A stretch of 56,497 nt of DNA, counting the filler, from Stramenopiles sp. TOSAG23-3 (Eukaryota): NCBI GenBank assembly GCA_900128585.1. It is 13 parts of 13 records of this genome, joined end to end, with 100 filler letters (N's around TTAATTAATTAA, not from the genome) between each part and the next. Parts side by side here need not be neighbours in the genome. Positions count along the whole stretch, not along the records: positions 1 to 1,582 come from LT645663.1; positions 1,683 to 3,263 come from LT645664.1; positions 3,364 to 4,942 come from LT645665.1; positions 5,043 to 6,618 come from LT645666.1; positions 6,719 to 8,294 come from LT645667.1; positions 8,395 to 9,969 come from LT645668.1; positions 10,070 to 11,644 come from LT645669.1; 6 more parts are not named here. The stretch is one strand, 5' to 3'. The notes beneath the pieces were generated by a model, which was not told where the DNA came from, did no database searches, and saw only the letters and a program-made list of their open reading frames with translations. Position 1 is the stretch's first letter, and every line of letters begins with the position of its first letter. Below are positions 1 to 11,744 of the stretch, in pieces. The translations under genes were made by a program, and so were the position numbers.

Positions 1-114
1 CCAATGCCTTGGATGCCTAACAAAGCTACAAAACTAAGCAAATGTTCACACACGTTACGGTCATTCAAGGCATTGGTTTTTTTTTTACCGTTTTTTAGAA
101 AATTAGTAGAAAGA

Positions 115-906
115 ATGGAGCTGATTCCGTGGGCGTCCCGCGATACGGCGAAAGCCATGACAACTGAGAGTTTTTACGGAGGGGTCAACCTGAAGAAAGG
201 GACCTCGAATGGTTATTTTCAAGACTTGACGTGTGATATTGAGTATACATGTCGGTCTGGGCGGTTGCATAATGTAAAGCAGACTTTGCCCAGCCGAGAG
301 CTGGCTCCTCTGTTTTCTGACGTGTGGACTGGTAGTTGCGTTTGGGAGTGCGCTCTTCTCACCAGTCGATTAATTGAGGAAATCCTGAAGGACAGGTTTG
401 AAAACAAGCACGTACTGGAATTAGGAGCCGGGTGTGGTTTATCTGCTGTCGTAGCGTGCAGTGAGACACAGGTTTCCTCGTACGTGGCTACAGACAGGGG
501 TGGAATGGTAGACCTTGCGCGAGAAAATGCGGATAGGAATTTGAAAAAAGGGAGCGAGACCGAACGGTTTAGCTGCCACGACCTGTCGTGGGACGAGAAC
601 CTAAAAGAGTTTTCGACATTAGTTGGGTGGGATAAATTTGACATTATCGTCGCTAGCGATGTAATTAACCCAATTTATGGTTGTGAAAGCTGGCCTGCGT
701 TGGCCCGAACGATGGCGCACTTCAGTGTACCATCAGAAACGCTGATCGTTCTCGCGTACGAGCAGAGAGAAACAGAAGGTCCAATCGAAGAGGATGAGCT
801 GCTGAATTATTTTTGGGGCGAGTGTAAAGAGTGCGGCCTGCGGCTGGAAAAGACTTTACTACGCGAAGGCGATTGCCGTTTTGTGTTTTTGTTACGGAAA
901 GACTGA
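115..906 (+). CDS. METTL21-like (Methyltransf_16) protein-lysine methyltransferase
   Basis: Motifs WTGSCVWECALL, VLELGAGCG (SAM-binding motif I), ATD, LSW and DIIVASDVI. ATG at 115 preferred over the upstream low-complexity extension. Confidence 0.85.
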   Translation: MELIPWASRDTAKAMTTESFYGGVNLKKGTSNGYFQDLTCDIEYTCRSGRLHNVKQTLPSRELAPLFSDVWTGSCVWECALLTSRLIEEILKDRFENKHVLELGAGCGLSAVVACSETQVSSYVATDRGGMVDLARENADRNLKKGSETERFSCHDLSWDENLKEFSTLVGWDKFDIIVASDVINPIYGCESWPALARTMAHFSVPSETLIVLAYEQRETEGPIEEDELLNYFWGECKECGLRLEKTLLREGDCRFVFLLRKD

Positions 907-1149
907 CAATTTTAGCGCGGGATAAAGCATGTAATTCTTACGCATCATTTTCCATTTGGTGTTTCGTACGTTTTTGTTACGAGCATTTATAATTTGTTTT
1001 TAAGTTATAGAGGTGTTAAATATTTAAATACTCGGCAAATATAATTAGTTGTTTTTTAAATACTCGGCAAGTACTACAAAAAGTAAATTTTACGATTTTT
1101 GTACTTGTAGGGTGTTTTTCTTTTTATGTAATTTCTAACGCCCTGCCTT

Positions 1150-1582
1150 TTAGTACACGTCCGTCGGGAACACGTTAAAGTAGGAACCAACGCCGATTCC
1201 CCCAATGAACAAGATCGAGGCCCCCCCAAGTATCTGGTCTGCTTTCTTCGATTTCCGTAAAATATGGTTCGCGTCGTCCAAAAAAAACTTTATGTTGTAC
1301 CCAGAACCCTTCTCTCGGAGCGTCCAGGGCGGGTCCACCTCTTTGAATTCCAAAAACCCGTCCGAGCCCCGCAAGGCCTTTCGTTCGTGCTCCAATTCTT
1401 CCTCCTTCGTCTTTAGCTTCACTTTATTTGTCTTTTCAAACTCCTCCATTGCCTGCAAATGCTGCTTTTGGATTTCTTGTATAGATTTCTTACGCCTCGG
1501 CGGGGTTTTCTCTTCCGCCGACACAAATGCCCGACGACTGCACAAAAACGTCCTCGTTCCATTGCTACGCACGAGGACAGCA
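1150..1582 (-). CDS. Hypothetical protein, 5'-partial, with coiled-coil and C-terminal TM helix
   Basis: Open frame up to the contig edge; charged helix followed by hydrophobic ILGGASILFIGGIGVGSYF. Confidence 0.55.
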
Positions 1583-1682
1583 NNNNNNNNNNNNNNNNNN
1601 NNNNNNNNNNNNNNNNNNNNNNNNNNTTAATTAATTAANNNNNNNNNNNNNNNNNNNNNNNNNNNNNNNNNNNNNNNNNNNN
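1583..1682. other. Artificial contig spacer N44-TTAATTAATTAA-N44 (first of 12)
   Basis: Identical 100-nt spacers with stops in all frames at 1583, 3264, 4943, 6619, 8295, 9970, 11645, 13319, 14992, 25373, 35754 and 46131. Contig lengths fall monotonically within each size class, so neighbours are unlinked. Confidence 0.98.
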
Positions 1683-2174
1683 GGGGGGGGGGGGGGGGGG
1701 ACGGACTTCGTCCTGAAAGGCCTGGGGTCGGAGGGGCGGTTGACGCCGAACCAGCGGCGAAACTTGATGCTGATCGCGAAAATTTTGCAAAAGATCGTAG
1801 GGGACAGTGATATATTTAAAGAAAAGTACATGGCGTTTTTGAACCACTGCATTGTGATACGGCGGAAGGACGCCTTTGATTTTTGCGAAAAGCTTTGCTT
1901 TCAAGAGGTGACGACCAACAGCCCCGTGAAACCCCCGCGCCCGGGGGGGGAGGAGGGCGGGGCAGCCTCCCCAAGAAGCGACGCTGCCGCGCCCCTGCCG
2001 TTGGGGAAGCACACCCTTCAGCAGACCTTGGTCTGTGCGAATCTGATAGTGAGAAACATGGACGGCATCGTCGAGCACTACAAGAAGTCGGAGGAGGGCG
2101 TGGTGGGGCCCGCGGCGGCGGCCGCCCCCTATACCGTCCCCGAAAAGGTCGGCGAGTACTGCAGCCTGCAGTGA
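1683..2174 (+). CDS. RasGAP-domain protein, C-terminal fragment
   Basis: QRRNLMLIAKILQKIV..FKEKYMAFLN resembles the RasGAP signature region (R.L.LIAK.LQ); 5'-truncated at the contig edge. Confidence 0.6.
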   Translation, partial: GGGGGGTDFVLKGLGSEGRLTPNQRRNLMLIAKILQKIVGDSDIFKEKYMAFLNHCIVIRRKDAFDFCEKLCFQEVTTNSPVKPPRPGGEEGGAASPRSDAAAPLPLGKHTLQQTLVCANLIVRNMDGIVEHYKKSEEGVVGPAAAAAPYTVPEKVGEYCSLQ

Positions 2175-2445
2175 GATGGGAGAGAATGGAAACAAGAGAG
2201 GTGTATGACGTGAATATTACGACTTTCCCCGGTGAAGATTTAAAATGGGGTGGGGTGGTGTCATGCCATGCTTGGTATTTAAAAATAAAGGTCGTAAATG
2301 TTTGCTTACAAAAAATAAAGAAGAGTTGAAATACGATCATGTGTATCTCACTTGTTTTTTTAAAGTTTGCGACTGCCTCCCTAATAAACAAGGCGGCGGC
2401 GAAGCAAAGCACCCCACGTTGCACAACGAACCGGTCAACTCCCTC

Positions 2446-2931
2446 CTACAAGGCGGCAACGATGCCGGAGAGGACGACCGTGCTCCCCATCAACATAACA
2501 CTACTGGACTCCATCTCGCTGTTCGTAAAGCCTTGGACGGTATTGTCCCAGTACAAGTGGCGCAGGCCTGCGGCGTAGTGGTACACCAGAGGGAACGCAA
2601 CACCAAATTTACAAACATAGCTAAAGTCACTGTGGCCCAAGTTAAACATCACCGTCGTTACGTCTACGCCCAAAAGGGTCAAGGCCCCACAGCCGGCCAT
2701 GCCGACGCTCAAGGCTGCACCACAGGCACGGTTCGTAATGGAAGAAATAGCGATCTTTGGGAACGCGTAGATGGTCACATGCGGGGAAATCGGGCGGTTC
2801 GCGTTTTTGTCCATGCGCTGCGCCGTCTGCGTCACAAAGGCGGCCCTGTTCTGCGTCTGCTGCATCGTGGACCGCGCCGCGACCCCACGTTGTGCCTGGT
2901 GGGCAGCTCTAGTTACTATGTTGCGAATCAT
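2446..2931 (-). CDS. SDHC: Succinate dehydrogenase cytochrome b560 subunit, mitochondrial
   Basis: Arg/Ala/Gln-rich presequence, NRPISPHVTIY, SSITNR and YHYAAGLRHLYWD motifs, three TM helices. Confidence 0.93.
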   Translation of the reverse strand: MIRNIVTRAAHQAQRGVAARSTMQQTQNRAAFVTQTAQRMDKNANRPISPHVTIYAFPKIAISSITNRACGAALSVGMAGCGALTLLGVDVTTVMFNLGHSDFSYVCKFGVAFPLVYHYAAGLRHLYWDNTVQGFTNSEMESSSVMLMGSTVVLSGIVAAL

Positions 2932-3195
2932 CTTCTTCTTTTTATTTAAAGAGAGAACAAAGCACCAAAAAGAAAGCCGGGGAAAACAAGAACGAAACGG
3001 CAGATAAGTAAACACAAATCTTCTCAACCAAACGAAATCTTTGTTCAATTTGTTTATCACTGTCCCTTTATAGTAAAAAAACGAAAGTAATTTAAATCTA
3101 TAGGTTGTGTATTAATACACCGTCCATTCATCTCTATCCTTCTTCTTCTTTCTCTACTTTCTTCTTTCGTTCTCTTTTTCTTTCTTCTTTTAATT

Positions 3196-3197
3196 CT

Positions 3198-3261
<64 letters not shown>

Positions 3262-3263
3262 TC
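3196..3263. repeat. (TTTC)n microsatellite at contig end
   Basis: Direct tetranucleotide run. Confidence 0.95.
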
Positions 3264-3363
3264 NNNNNNNNNNNNNNNNNNNNNNNNNNNNNNNNNNNNN
3301 NNNNNNNTTAATTAATTAANNNNNNNNNNNNNNNNNNNNNNNNNNNNNNNNNNNNNNNNNNNN

Positions 3364-4616
3364 TGCCGGTACAGCTCGCTCGACGGGTCTATCTGGGGAA
3401 GGATCTCCATAACCAATCGCCTAACCCGCCGCACTTCCTTTTCTTTTTTTCTAATAATTCGCTTTTGCTCGTCTATCCTTTGCAGCGCATTGCTGCAGGC
3501 CCGCTTCAGTTGCTTTCCCGACAGCAGCCTGTTTATCTTTGGGGCGTTGCGAATGCGCTGGGCCGCCCTCCCGAACCGGAGCGTGCTGAGCGTTTCCGAC
3601 GCGTTGTAAAGGTGCGGCGAGGCGCAGAGCATGAGCATGGAGTTCGAGTTTCCCCCGAGACTATCGTACAAGAGCTTGGTAAGGCACGAATTCCTGTACA
3701 TCAAGTGCCGCTTCCCGTTCTTCTTTTTCCCCGACCCTAGAAACGTGATGATCCCACGAAGGTGCATCAGCGATTTATTTATAAACCCGGCCTCTTTCAG
3801 GCGGTCCGACGTCGCAAAAGACTTGCTGGCGCTCTCGCTTCCCGCCAAGTCGACAAAATCGATTCTCCCAGTGTACTGCGACCCGTCGTCGTAGTCTGCC
3901 TTCTCGACGGTAATGCTGAGGATGGCATGCGATCGGGAAGAGACGTCGTTCAGCCCTGTCGCCTTTGTGACACGATTCTCTAGCCCCCTGTTGATCTGGT
4001 ACAGCACGTCATCCGTCGTCAACACGGTGACCGTTGAACAGTCTACGAACCACGCGCCTGACATGTTTTGGCGCACTTTTAAGTTTCCCATTTCCGGGAC
4101 GAACAGGTCGGTCACCTTTTCGTTGTAGATCTGTACGAACGAGACGTTCACCGTGTACTCCGCGCTTGGGTTCTCTTTGGCGCTCATACCAATGTGAAAA
4201 AACAGCTCGTCCATTGCGCGGGGGATTACACCCTTCTGTGCCGCAAAATCGACGTCCACAGTTTCCGGTACTGCGGGGCTCGGGTTATTCCCAAACATGG
4301 TGTACGTCTTCCCCGAGCCCGATTGACCATAGGCCAGAACGCTCGCGTTGATACCTTTCAGCAAGCCCGGAATTAAGTGCCGGACTGTTTTCCGGTAGAC
4401 CGACAACTGAGAATCCCCAGGCATAAAGACGTGATTGTAAGTAAATTCGTTCGTTTTTGTCCCACTCGATTGAATTTGAACGACGTGGTCTTCAACGCAG
4501 TTCACCGCCTCGTAGCCGATTATCCCGTCGTCCTCGTCCCCAAAGCGCCGTTCGCTGTCCACCTCCATGGCATTCGGGGGACGAAACCTAGCAAACACTT
4601 GAACGGCCGAACTCAT
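3364..4616 (-). CDS. Kinesin motor protein (N-terminal motor), 3'-partial
   Basis: VFARFRP, P-loop GQSGSGKT, switch I SSRSH, switch II DLAGSE, LGGNS, ETLSTLRFG, then coiled coil. Confidence 0.95.
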
Positions 4617-5042
4617 TCTTGTCCCCGTTTAAAATAACAGTTGTATCTATCTATGTACGCACACTTTCTAAATACGCTCGGAATAAACAATGTTCTTTGT
4701 TTATAAATATGAAACAATTTACATGTCTGTGTTTGCCAATATTACTAATTGTTTTGAATGAATATTATTAAAGTTAAGAACCAAAAATAATAATAATAAT
4801 GTGAAACGAAAGAAGAAGAAGAACGAAAGACGAAAGAGAAGAAGAAGAAAATATTATTATTTAAGAAATATTATTAACATAAACACAGCATAGTAAATAC
4901 AGAAAAACAAAAATAATGAAATTAAATATATAAAAATAAAAGNNNNNNNNNNNNNNNNNNNNNNNNNNNNNNNNNNNNNNNNNNNNTTAATTAATTAANN
5001 NNNNNNNNNNNNNNNNNNNNNNNNNNNNNNNNNNNNNNNNNN

Positions 5043-6618
5043 ACATGGACCTTGCAAGTGCTTCTGCTGATGACGATAAAATCGCATGGTACGAAAACAC
5101 AGACGGCAAAGGAACCTTTGGTGCTGAGGACATCGTAACGACGAGTGGGGATGGTGCCCGAAGTGTATTTGCTGCCGATATCGACGGAGATGGAGACATG
5201 GACCTTGCAAGTGCTTCTAGTAATGACGATAAAATCGCATGGTACAAATCCAACTTGGGGAATATGCATTCTTTACGTCACTTTCTCGACAAAAGTGTTG
5301 TCTATTCTGCTTCTGATTGGACAATTTTCATGAAAAATACTCGAGTGGTGTTCCGGACAAAAACCACGGGAAATAGCGGTCACGCCATACTGCGCTGTTC
5401 GTTTAGCAAACGTTCCTGCATTGTAATCCTTGGCACAGGGACATCTCCAATGTACATAGAATACGTAGTTCTAGATGGAAGTACTTCTAATACGTCCTTT
5501 GTGCACGCACTTAGTCAGCAGACAGAAGCCGTAACTCATGCTCCAATTCTATTTCGAAACGTTCATTTTCAAAACCTAGTTACTTCGTTTGCCGCCATAG
5601 TGTCGGACGCCAGTCCACTGACATTTACAGACTGCAAATTTACGAACGTTACTGCCAAGGCCCTCGTTCACATACAGTACAACAACAATTTTAGATGGCA
5701 GGGCGGTTCTGTTTTCGCCGTGTGTGATTCGTCAAATGTGTACGTACCCTTAGTGTTCCAACATGTTTACAGAGAACACGTTCAGGCTTTTGACGTTTTG
5801 TGGGGTGAAAACAAACAGCCCGTCGTTGCGAGAGTGAACGATTCCAGGATTATTCGCATCGTTCAAAATATAGACCTCTCCTCCAGAGAAGTAGTGAAAG
5901 GCGGAACTTGTTCGATAGATTTTCCAAATTGCTGCCAAAAGTCAGCAGATCTGACCGACCTGTCCAAAACGCAAGTTTATGCCGGAGTTCTGTACACCAG
6001 CGAAACCTTGAACGTGTCAACAGAAGAAACAACAGATATTTTGTATGTAAAGGATCTGAAACCTTCGGTCTGTCCCTCAGGGACTTCCTGGCAGTACGAG
6101 TTGGACTACATCAAGTGCAAACCGATTGCATGCCCAGCAGGCCAAGATGTCCAGGGATACGCTTGTCAAAATTGCCCACCGGGTCGTTTCAAACGAGCAA
6201 GAGGAATCGAACGTTGTGAAGCCTGTTTTTCCAATACCTATTCCAGCAAGAATGGCAGTACCGCCTGCAACGTGTGCCCGGACAATTCCGTTACAAATGG
6301 AACGGGCGCCTCCTCGATAACGAACTGCATTTGCGAAGAAGGGAGGGTCCGCGATGGTGCATCGTGCGTCTTATGCGATGCAGGTTCGGCGATATATTCA
6401 GGCGACTCGTTTTGCACGTTGTGTCCATCGGGGAGGTTTCAAAATGCGAAAGGACAGACAACTTGCTTGCGGTGTGACCTCGATACTTATACCACTAAGA
6501 ATGGCAGTACTGCCTGCAACGTGTGCCCGGACAATTCCAAAACAAACGGAACGGGCTCCACCTCGATCAAGGATTGCACGTGCAACGAAGGGTTTGTTCG
6601 CATGGACGACGCCTGCGT
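5043..6618 (+). CDS. Large extracellular protein fragment: FG-GAP/VCBS repeats plus GCC2/GCC3 (ephrin-receptor-like) Cys-rich repeats
   Basis: AADIDGDGDMDLASAS..KIAWY repeats (153-nt period, 5043/5196) and CPPGRF..C..C..NTY..KNGSTACNVCPDNS repeats (249-nt period, 6248/6497); open across the whole contig. Confidence 0.85.
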
Positions 6619-7040
6619 NNNNNNNNNNNNNNNNNNNNNNNNNNNNNNNNNNNNNNNNNNNNTTAATTAATTAANNNNNNNNNNNNNNNNNNNNNNNNNN
6701 NNNNNNNNNNNNNNNNNNTTAAATACGTCGTAGGCGTAGTAGAGATTGATCTTCCCTTTCCTTTTTTTTTGATGTAATTGATAACTGTTGTTGTTCTTTT
6801 TTATGTTCTACGAATAATGAATGAAGAAGAAGAAGAAAAAAATTGAATGTTTTGTGATTGCTTGCTTGCTTGAATAAAAAAAAGAAGTCAAATAGTTTCA
6901 AGTTGGTTGTACTCACGCATATTAATGTATACGTGTGTTGTAATTTGCTTAACTAATTTACATAATCGTTTGATTTGAGAAAGTGTTTCACGTCAAGGGC
7001 GGAAAAAGTTTTTTTTTCAAGGAAACTAAGTGGGAAACAA

Positions 7041-8294
7041 ATGCCTGGAGTGCGTGTAGCCGTCCTTGGTGGGGGCGTGTCTGGATGTTCCAGTGCCCTG
7101 CAACTTTCAAAATTAGGATACTGTGTCTCGCTTTTTGAAATGGGGAGAGGGTGCGGGGGACGAGCTTCAACGAGGCGCACAAGGTCGCAGCCAAATATGG
7201 CGGTAAATCACGGAACGCCCAGTTTCGATGTTAGAACCAACAGGGGGTGCGAAATAGTGGAAGGGTTAGAAACGGCTGGGTATGTGAAAGAGTATAGCGG
7301 CGTGCGAGGTATTCTCAGTGCTGCTAACGGGTTCAAGAAGATCCCAGTAGAACCTGGCACGCACTTTGTCGGGTGTTCGCCGGGAGATGGCGGGGGGATG
7401 AGCGGGGCGTGCGAAGGGCTCCTGCAAGAGGCGAGAAAGATCGAGAATCCGGTTGACTGCCACTATGGCAAAATGGTGCACACGCTTGTGCCGACCCTTG
7501 AAAAAGACGGAACAGTCAACGGCTGGTCGCTGTTTGACAAGGACGGTTCGAGTCTTGGGGGCGACGGTTCGGAAAATCAAGAAGGCAGTGACGTTGGATT
7601 ATTTGATTGGCTGGTAGTAGCGGGCTCGGGGATTGCCCACCCTCGTTGGAAGAAGACGTTTGGATACGATGCGCCTCTGCTTGCTGCCGTGTCGAAACTT
7701 GAAACTAGTGGCAGGTATACTGACGATAAGCTTAAAAAATCGTTGAAAGCGATCGCAGCGCAGGATGCAAAGCCGTGCCTAGTTGCAATGGCCTACGCGG
7801 CCGCGTTGCCAGGCAAAAAGAACGAAAACGGTGCAGCGTCTCAGTGGGACAAAGCACTCCCGTTCGATTTGGCTTGGGTATTGGAAGACGAAGTCGTACA
7901 AAAGGTTTCTGTACAGCGCGATGCCGATGGCCACGGTGGGATTGCTTTATGCGTCCACTCCACGGCTGCTTATGCACGGGAAGCCACCGCTACTTTTGGG
8001 AAAACATCCACTGCTGCGCGCGTTGGTGGTGCGAACACATCGGCTGAGATCGAAGCCGAACAAATCAGCACCATCACCGCAGCCTTAGAACACTTGCTGC
8101 GGGGCGACGGTTGCCCAGCAGAAATCCCCCCGTCGTTCTCGTTCACCAGTTCCTGTACCTGGGGCCCACACCTTCATCGCTGGGGGAATTGCGAGCCTAC
8201 AAACGACGCCCTGGCAGCAGAGGATGCTGTTGCGCCCCAATCGCGCGTAGCGTTCTGTGGTGACTACGTGGAAACGGGCGCACGGATGGGGAGT
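7041..8294 (+). CDS. Renalase-like FAD/NAD(P)-dependent oxidoreductase, 3'-partial
   Basis: VAVLGGGVSG Rossmann motif, FEMGRGCGGRASTRR, NHGTPSF, HRW, and FCGDY near the C-terminus. Confidence 0.82.
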
Positions 8295-8394
8295 NNNNNN
8301 NNNNNNNNNNNNNNNNNNNNNNNNNNNNNNNNNNNNNNTTAATTAATTAANNNNNNNNNNNNNNNNNNNNNNNNNNNNNNNNNNNNNNNNNNNN

Positions 8395-8696
8395 GTTTTC
8401 GGTCTAACTAGTTTCGACGGTTTGTTGAAAGCGGCGGGCAAAGATCGAGCTTCGCGCGGGGTAATTGCTTCTATTCGTCGAGGTGTGTACATATTGAACT
8501 TTGGTCGTGCAATGCCAGTGTTCCCAAGGAGAAATTGGTTGTTCTTAGGTAGCGATGCCAGCGGGTTCCAGTTGCCCCCCGTACTTTTCATGACAGAGAA
8601 GGTGTTTCTACGCCCCGGCGTGTTGGCAGCGGGCCCCGGTCGTGCGCGCGTTTTCGTTGGCATCTTCCTCCGACGGCTGGGAGTCGCACGCAACAT
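8395..8696 (-). CDS. Hypothetical basic protein, 3'-partial
   Basis: ATG at 8696 at the edge of an AT-rich spacer; open to contig edge; no recognisable motif. Confidence 0.45.
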
Positions 8697-9635
8697 TTCT
8701 CTCTACTAAAAATGTGTGTGGCAGACAAACAGGAAAATAAGATAATTTGCTCAATTCTCTGAAATTTTTCGAGCAAAACTATGAAATTTCTTCCCATCAT
8801 ATCTTCTTTCCATTTATTTTCTTACTTCTTATTAGTCATCTATATGTGCCATAAAGTAAAGCTTTCGGGTGGAAGGAATACTACCGACCAGTACCGGTAC
8901 TGACTTCACTATATATCTCTTTAATAAGTAATTTCCCATACTGCTGCTTCCGTTGGATAATCTCAGCTCAATTTAATCTCAATTTAATAAATATGTTTCA
9001 ATGCTATGTAATGTATTATTGAATATTTAGTAGAACTATATTATTAGTCTCTATATATGATAATACCATATAAATAAGAAGAGAAGAAGTAAAAAGAAAA
9101 AAAGGGCGTGTTTGTCGTGTTGTACGAGGATTATACGAGGAATTAGTTATAGTGTTTATTATATCTCTATTCTAATATTTTATACAGTAGTACGCGTAGA
9201 CGATTACTTAGACTACTTATTAGTCCTATGAGGAGACGACCAACTAAAACTCATTTCGCGAATAAGTTTAAATGGATATTGTACTTCTATTAATTTAACG
9301 ATAGTCTATTTATAAAATACTCCTATATGATGACTCAGTAGTTCGACTACCAAAATAGTAAATAAATTTAATCTTCAAATGTGTGTGAAGGTGTTTGTCC
9401 TCTTTCTTCTTTCTTCTCTCAACTCTCACTCATGGCTCAAAAGTAAGAAGAGAAGAAAGAGAAGAAGAAGAAGAAGAAGAAAGAGAAGAAGAAGAAGAAA
9501 GAGCTCTTTTTTAAAATTGTATACAGACAACAAATATAGTCCTAATACATAGACTATATGGAAATGATATTTCTTATTATTGATATCCCGTACCGAGCCA
9601 GTCCATTCCCCTTTTCATTTTTACCAGTTTTTATC

Positions 9636-9969
9636 TCATAATTTTGGTTTTGAATTCGTGCTGGGGTCGTTCTTTAGTTCCTGTTTTTTCTTCTTCTTTT
9701 TTTTGTTTTTTCCCCGTGGGATCAAACCCGTCGGGTCAATTACGATACCAAACCGTTGCATGTTGTACGCGTGGCAAAGTTGGTGCAAACTAAACGCGGC
9801 GGTCATCCCTTGCTGCCTTCCCGCCGCATCTTCCGCCTGGTTGACCGCTTCCTTCGACATTTGCAGGGCAAACATGGGGTTTGCCGCTATCTTATGTGCC
9901 AAGTTGAGCGTAAAGTCGTCCAGCGTTCCCCTGGGCACGACGTGCGAGACGAACCCGAACAGGTCCCTT
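9636..9969 (-). CDS. Enoyl-CoA hydratase/crotonase family protein, C-terminal fragment
   Basis: GFVSHVVPRGTLDDFTLNLAHKIAANPMFALQMSKEAVNQ is the crotonase C-terminal consensus (G.V..VVP...L......A..IA..P..A....K.A.N). Confidence 0.85.
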
Positions 9970-10069
9970 NNNNNNNNNNNNNNNNNNNNNNNNNNNNNNN
10001 NNNNNNNNNNNNNTTAATTAATTAANNNNNNNNNNNNNNNNNNNNNNNNNNNNNNNNNNNNNNNNNNNN

Positions 10070-11419
10070 ACCTCGAAGATTGCAGCGTTAGCAAAAGTTA
10101 CCCCATCTCAAAGCGTGACTTTGACCACCCCTTCCACAGACAAAAGCTCCGCCTTTGACAAGTACAAAGACGCCGTTATGTTTGCAAACAGCAACAAGAG
10201 TAAGATCAAGCGCTGGACGGAGGAGCAGGACGACCAATTGCGTACGGCAGTGAAAAAACACGGGGAGAAGAACTGGAAAGCCATTGCGGACAGTGTACCT
10301 GGGCGAACAGACTCTCAATGCCTGCATCGATGGACCAAAGTCTTGAACCCGCAAATAAAGAAGGGTTTGTGACAACCAGAAGAAGACGCACTTCTGGCCA
10401 AACTAGTTCTTGAAAATGGTCCGAAGGGATGGACGAAAATCGCTCAGCAGCTTCCAGGGCGCATCGGGAAACAGTGCCGTGAACGATGGCACAACCACCT
10501 TGACCCCGCGATTAAGAAAGACAATTTTACAGAGGAAGAGGATCAACGAATCATCCAAGCTGTGAAAGAGTTGGGGTACAAATGGGCAAAAATTGCAAAA
10601 CTGCTGGAAGGGCGCACAGACAACGGCATCAAGAATCGCTGGAACGCCACACTTAAGCGCAAAATGATCATACAAGAGTCTGGTGGAATTGACCCGACCT
10701 TAGCGTCCGGGAAAGAAAACAAAAGCAAAAGCACGGCCAAGAAGAGAAGAGCCAGCACGACCAAGAACGGAAATTCCAAACGTTTAAAAACATCTGGATC
10801 GGGTCGCGGTAGTTCTGCGAAGACTAAGGCCAAAGGGAAGAAGAAAAACACCACCAATAAACGCAATACAACTGGCAGAAAAAAGAGCAACGCGTCGTCA
10901 AAAGCTTCTGCAAAAAGCCGCAAACGTCCGAGTACACCAAAGAACTCCGGTTTTTTTATGGGGGCAGATGCAATAAACCTGGATTTGTCCCTCTTCTCGC
11001 CAGCGGGACAGCTTATTCCATCGCCAATGCCTGCGAGAAACGCCGCAGGAAGCTTCCCGTCGCTAAACCCGATCACCCCGCTGCGAGGAAATGGTAGCTC
11101 CTCGTTGCTATCTCCATGGAGTACTTATTTCAAAACCCCCGGAGACGTAACTAACACTCCAGGAATGACTAGTATAACAGTTGAAACTCCCAGCAATATC
11201 ACGCCCGGATCTTTTGGAAAGTTCTGGTTCGGAAGCGACGGAGGAACGAGGCTTTTCGAAGCCACGCCAGACATGATGAAGACAGGTTCGCCTTTGAATT
11301 TATTGGCAGATATATCGGGGTCGCCAGCAGCCAGTAAGATAAATGACTTGGGTCTCTTGGGGGACATTGATGGTGCAAAACCGAAGCGAGCGGCTAGACG
11401 ACTGAGTCCAGAAAATTAA
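10070..11419 (+). CDS. R1R2R3-MYB (3R-MYB) transcription factor, 5'-partial, with in-frame TGA at 10370-10372
   Basis: ORFs 10115-10372 and 10562-11419 share one frame. Reading through gives R1 [21 protein letters not shown]2 [25 protein letters not shown]3 [27 protein letters not shown], then a TP/SP-rich tail. Confidence 0.92.
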
Positions 11420-11744
11420 TTTTCAAATCGATAGCGTCTTTTCCAAGAAAAGACAATGTAAAAAATAGTTTATAAACCTTTTAGTAATAACATACCAACA
11501 CGCGCAAAAATATGATACAATCAACTTTTATGTTTCGTAAGAATTAAACTTAGCATAACTCATACATATCATAGTCAACACTAAGTGACAAGGGTATACT
11601 GATTAGTAAAACCACAAGAGCAGAAATAAGTTCGCAGCGCATGANNNNNNNNNNNNNNNNNNNNNNNNNNNNNNNNNNNNNNNNNNNNTTAATTAATTAA
11701 NNNNNNNNNNNNNNNNNNNNNNNNNNNNNNNNNNNNNNNNNNNN

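Noticed and set aside
904-915. TGA CAA context at the end of the METTL21-like gene as a second read-through site
   Set aside because: The hexamer is CAATTT, not CARYYA, and an in-frame TAG follows two codons later.
1583-1682. Palindromic TTAATTAATTAA recurring at regular intervals
   Set aside because: Always centred in exactly 44+44 N; an artificial linker, so gene adjacency across it is meaningless.
10370-10372. Genome-wide UGA=Trp reassignment or selenocysteine
   Set aside because: TGA terminates many genes here (906, 2174, 16463, 32630, 41454, 45943). No other internal TGA was seen in long genes, including the 2558-aa one. The position aligns to Trp, not Cys.
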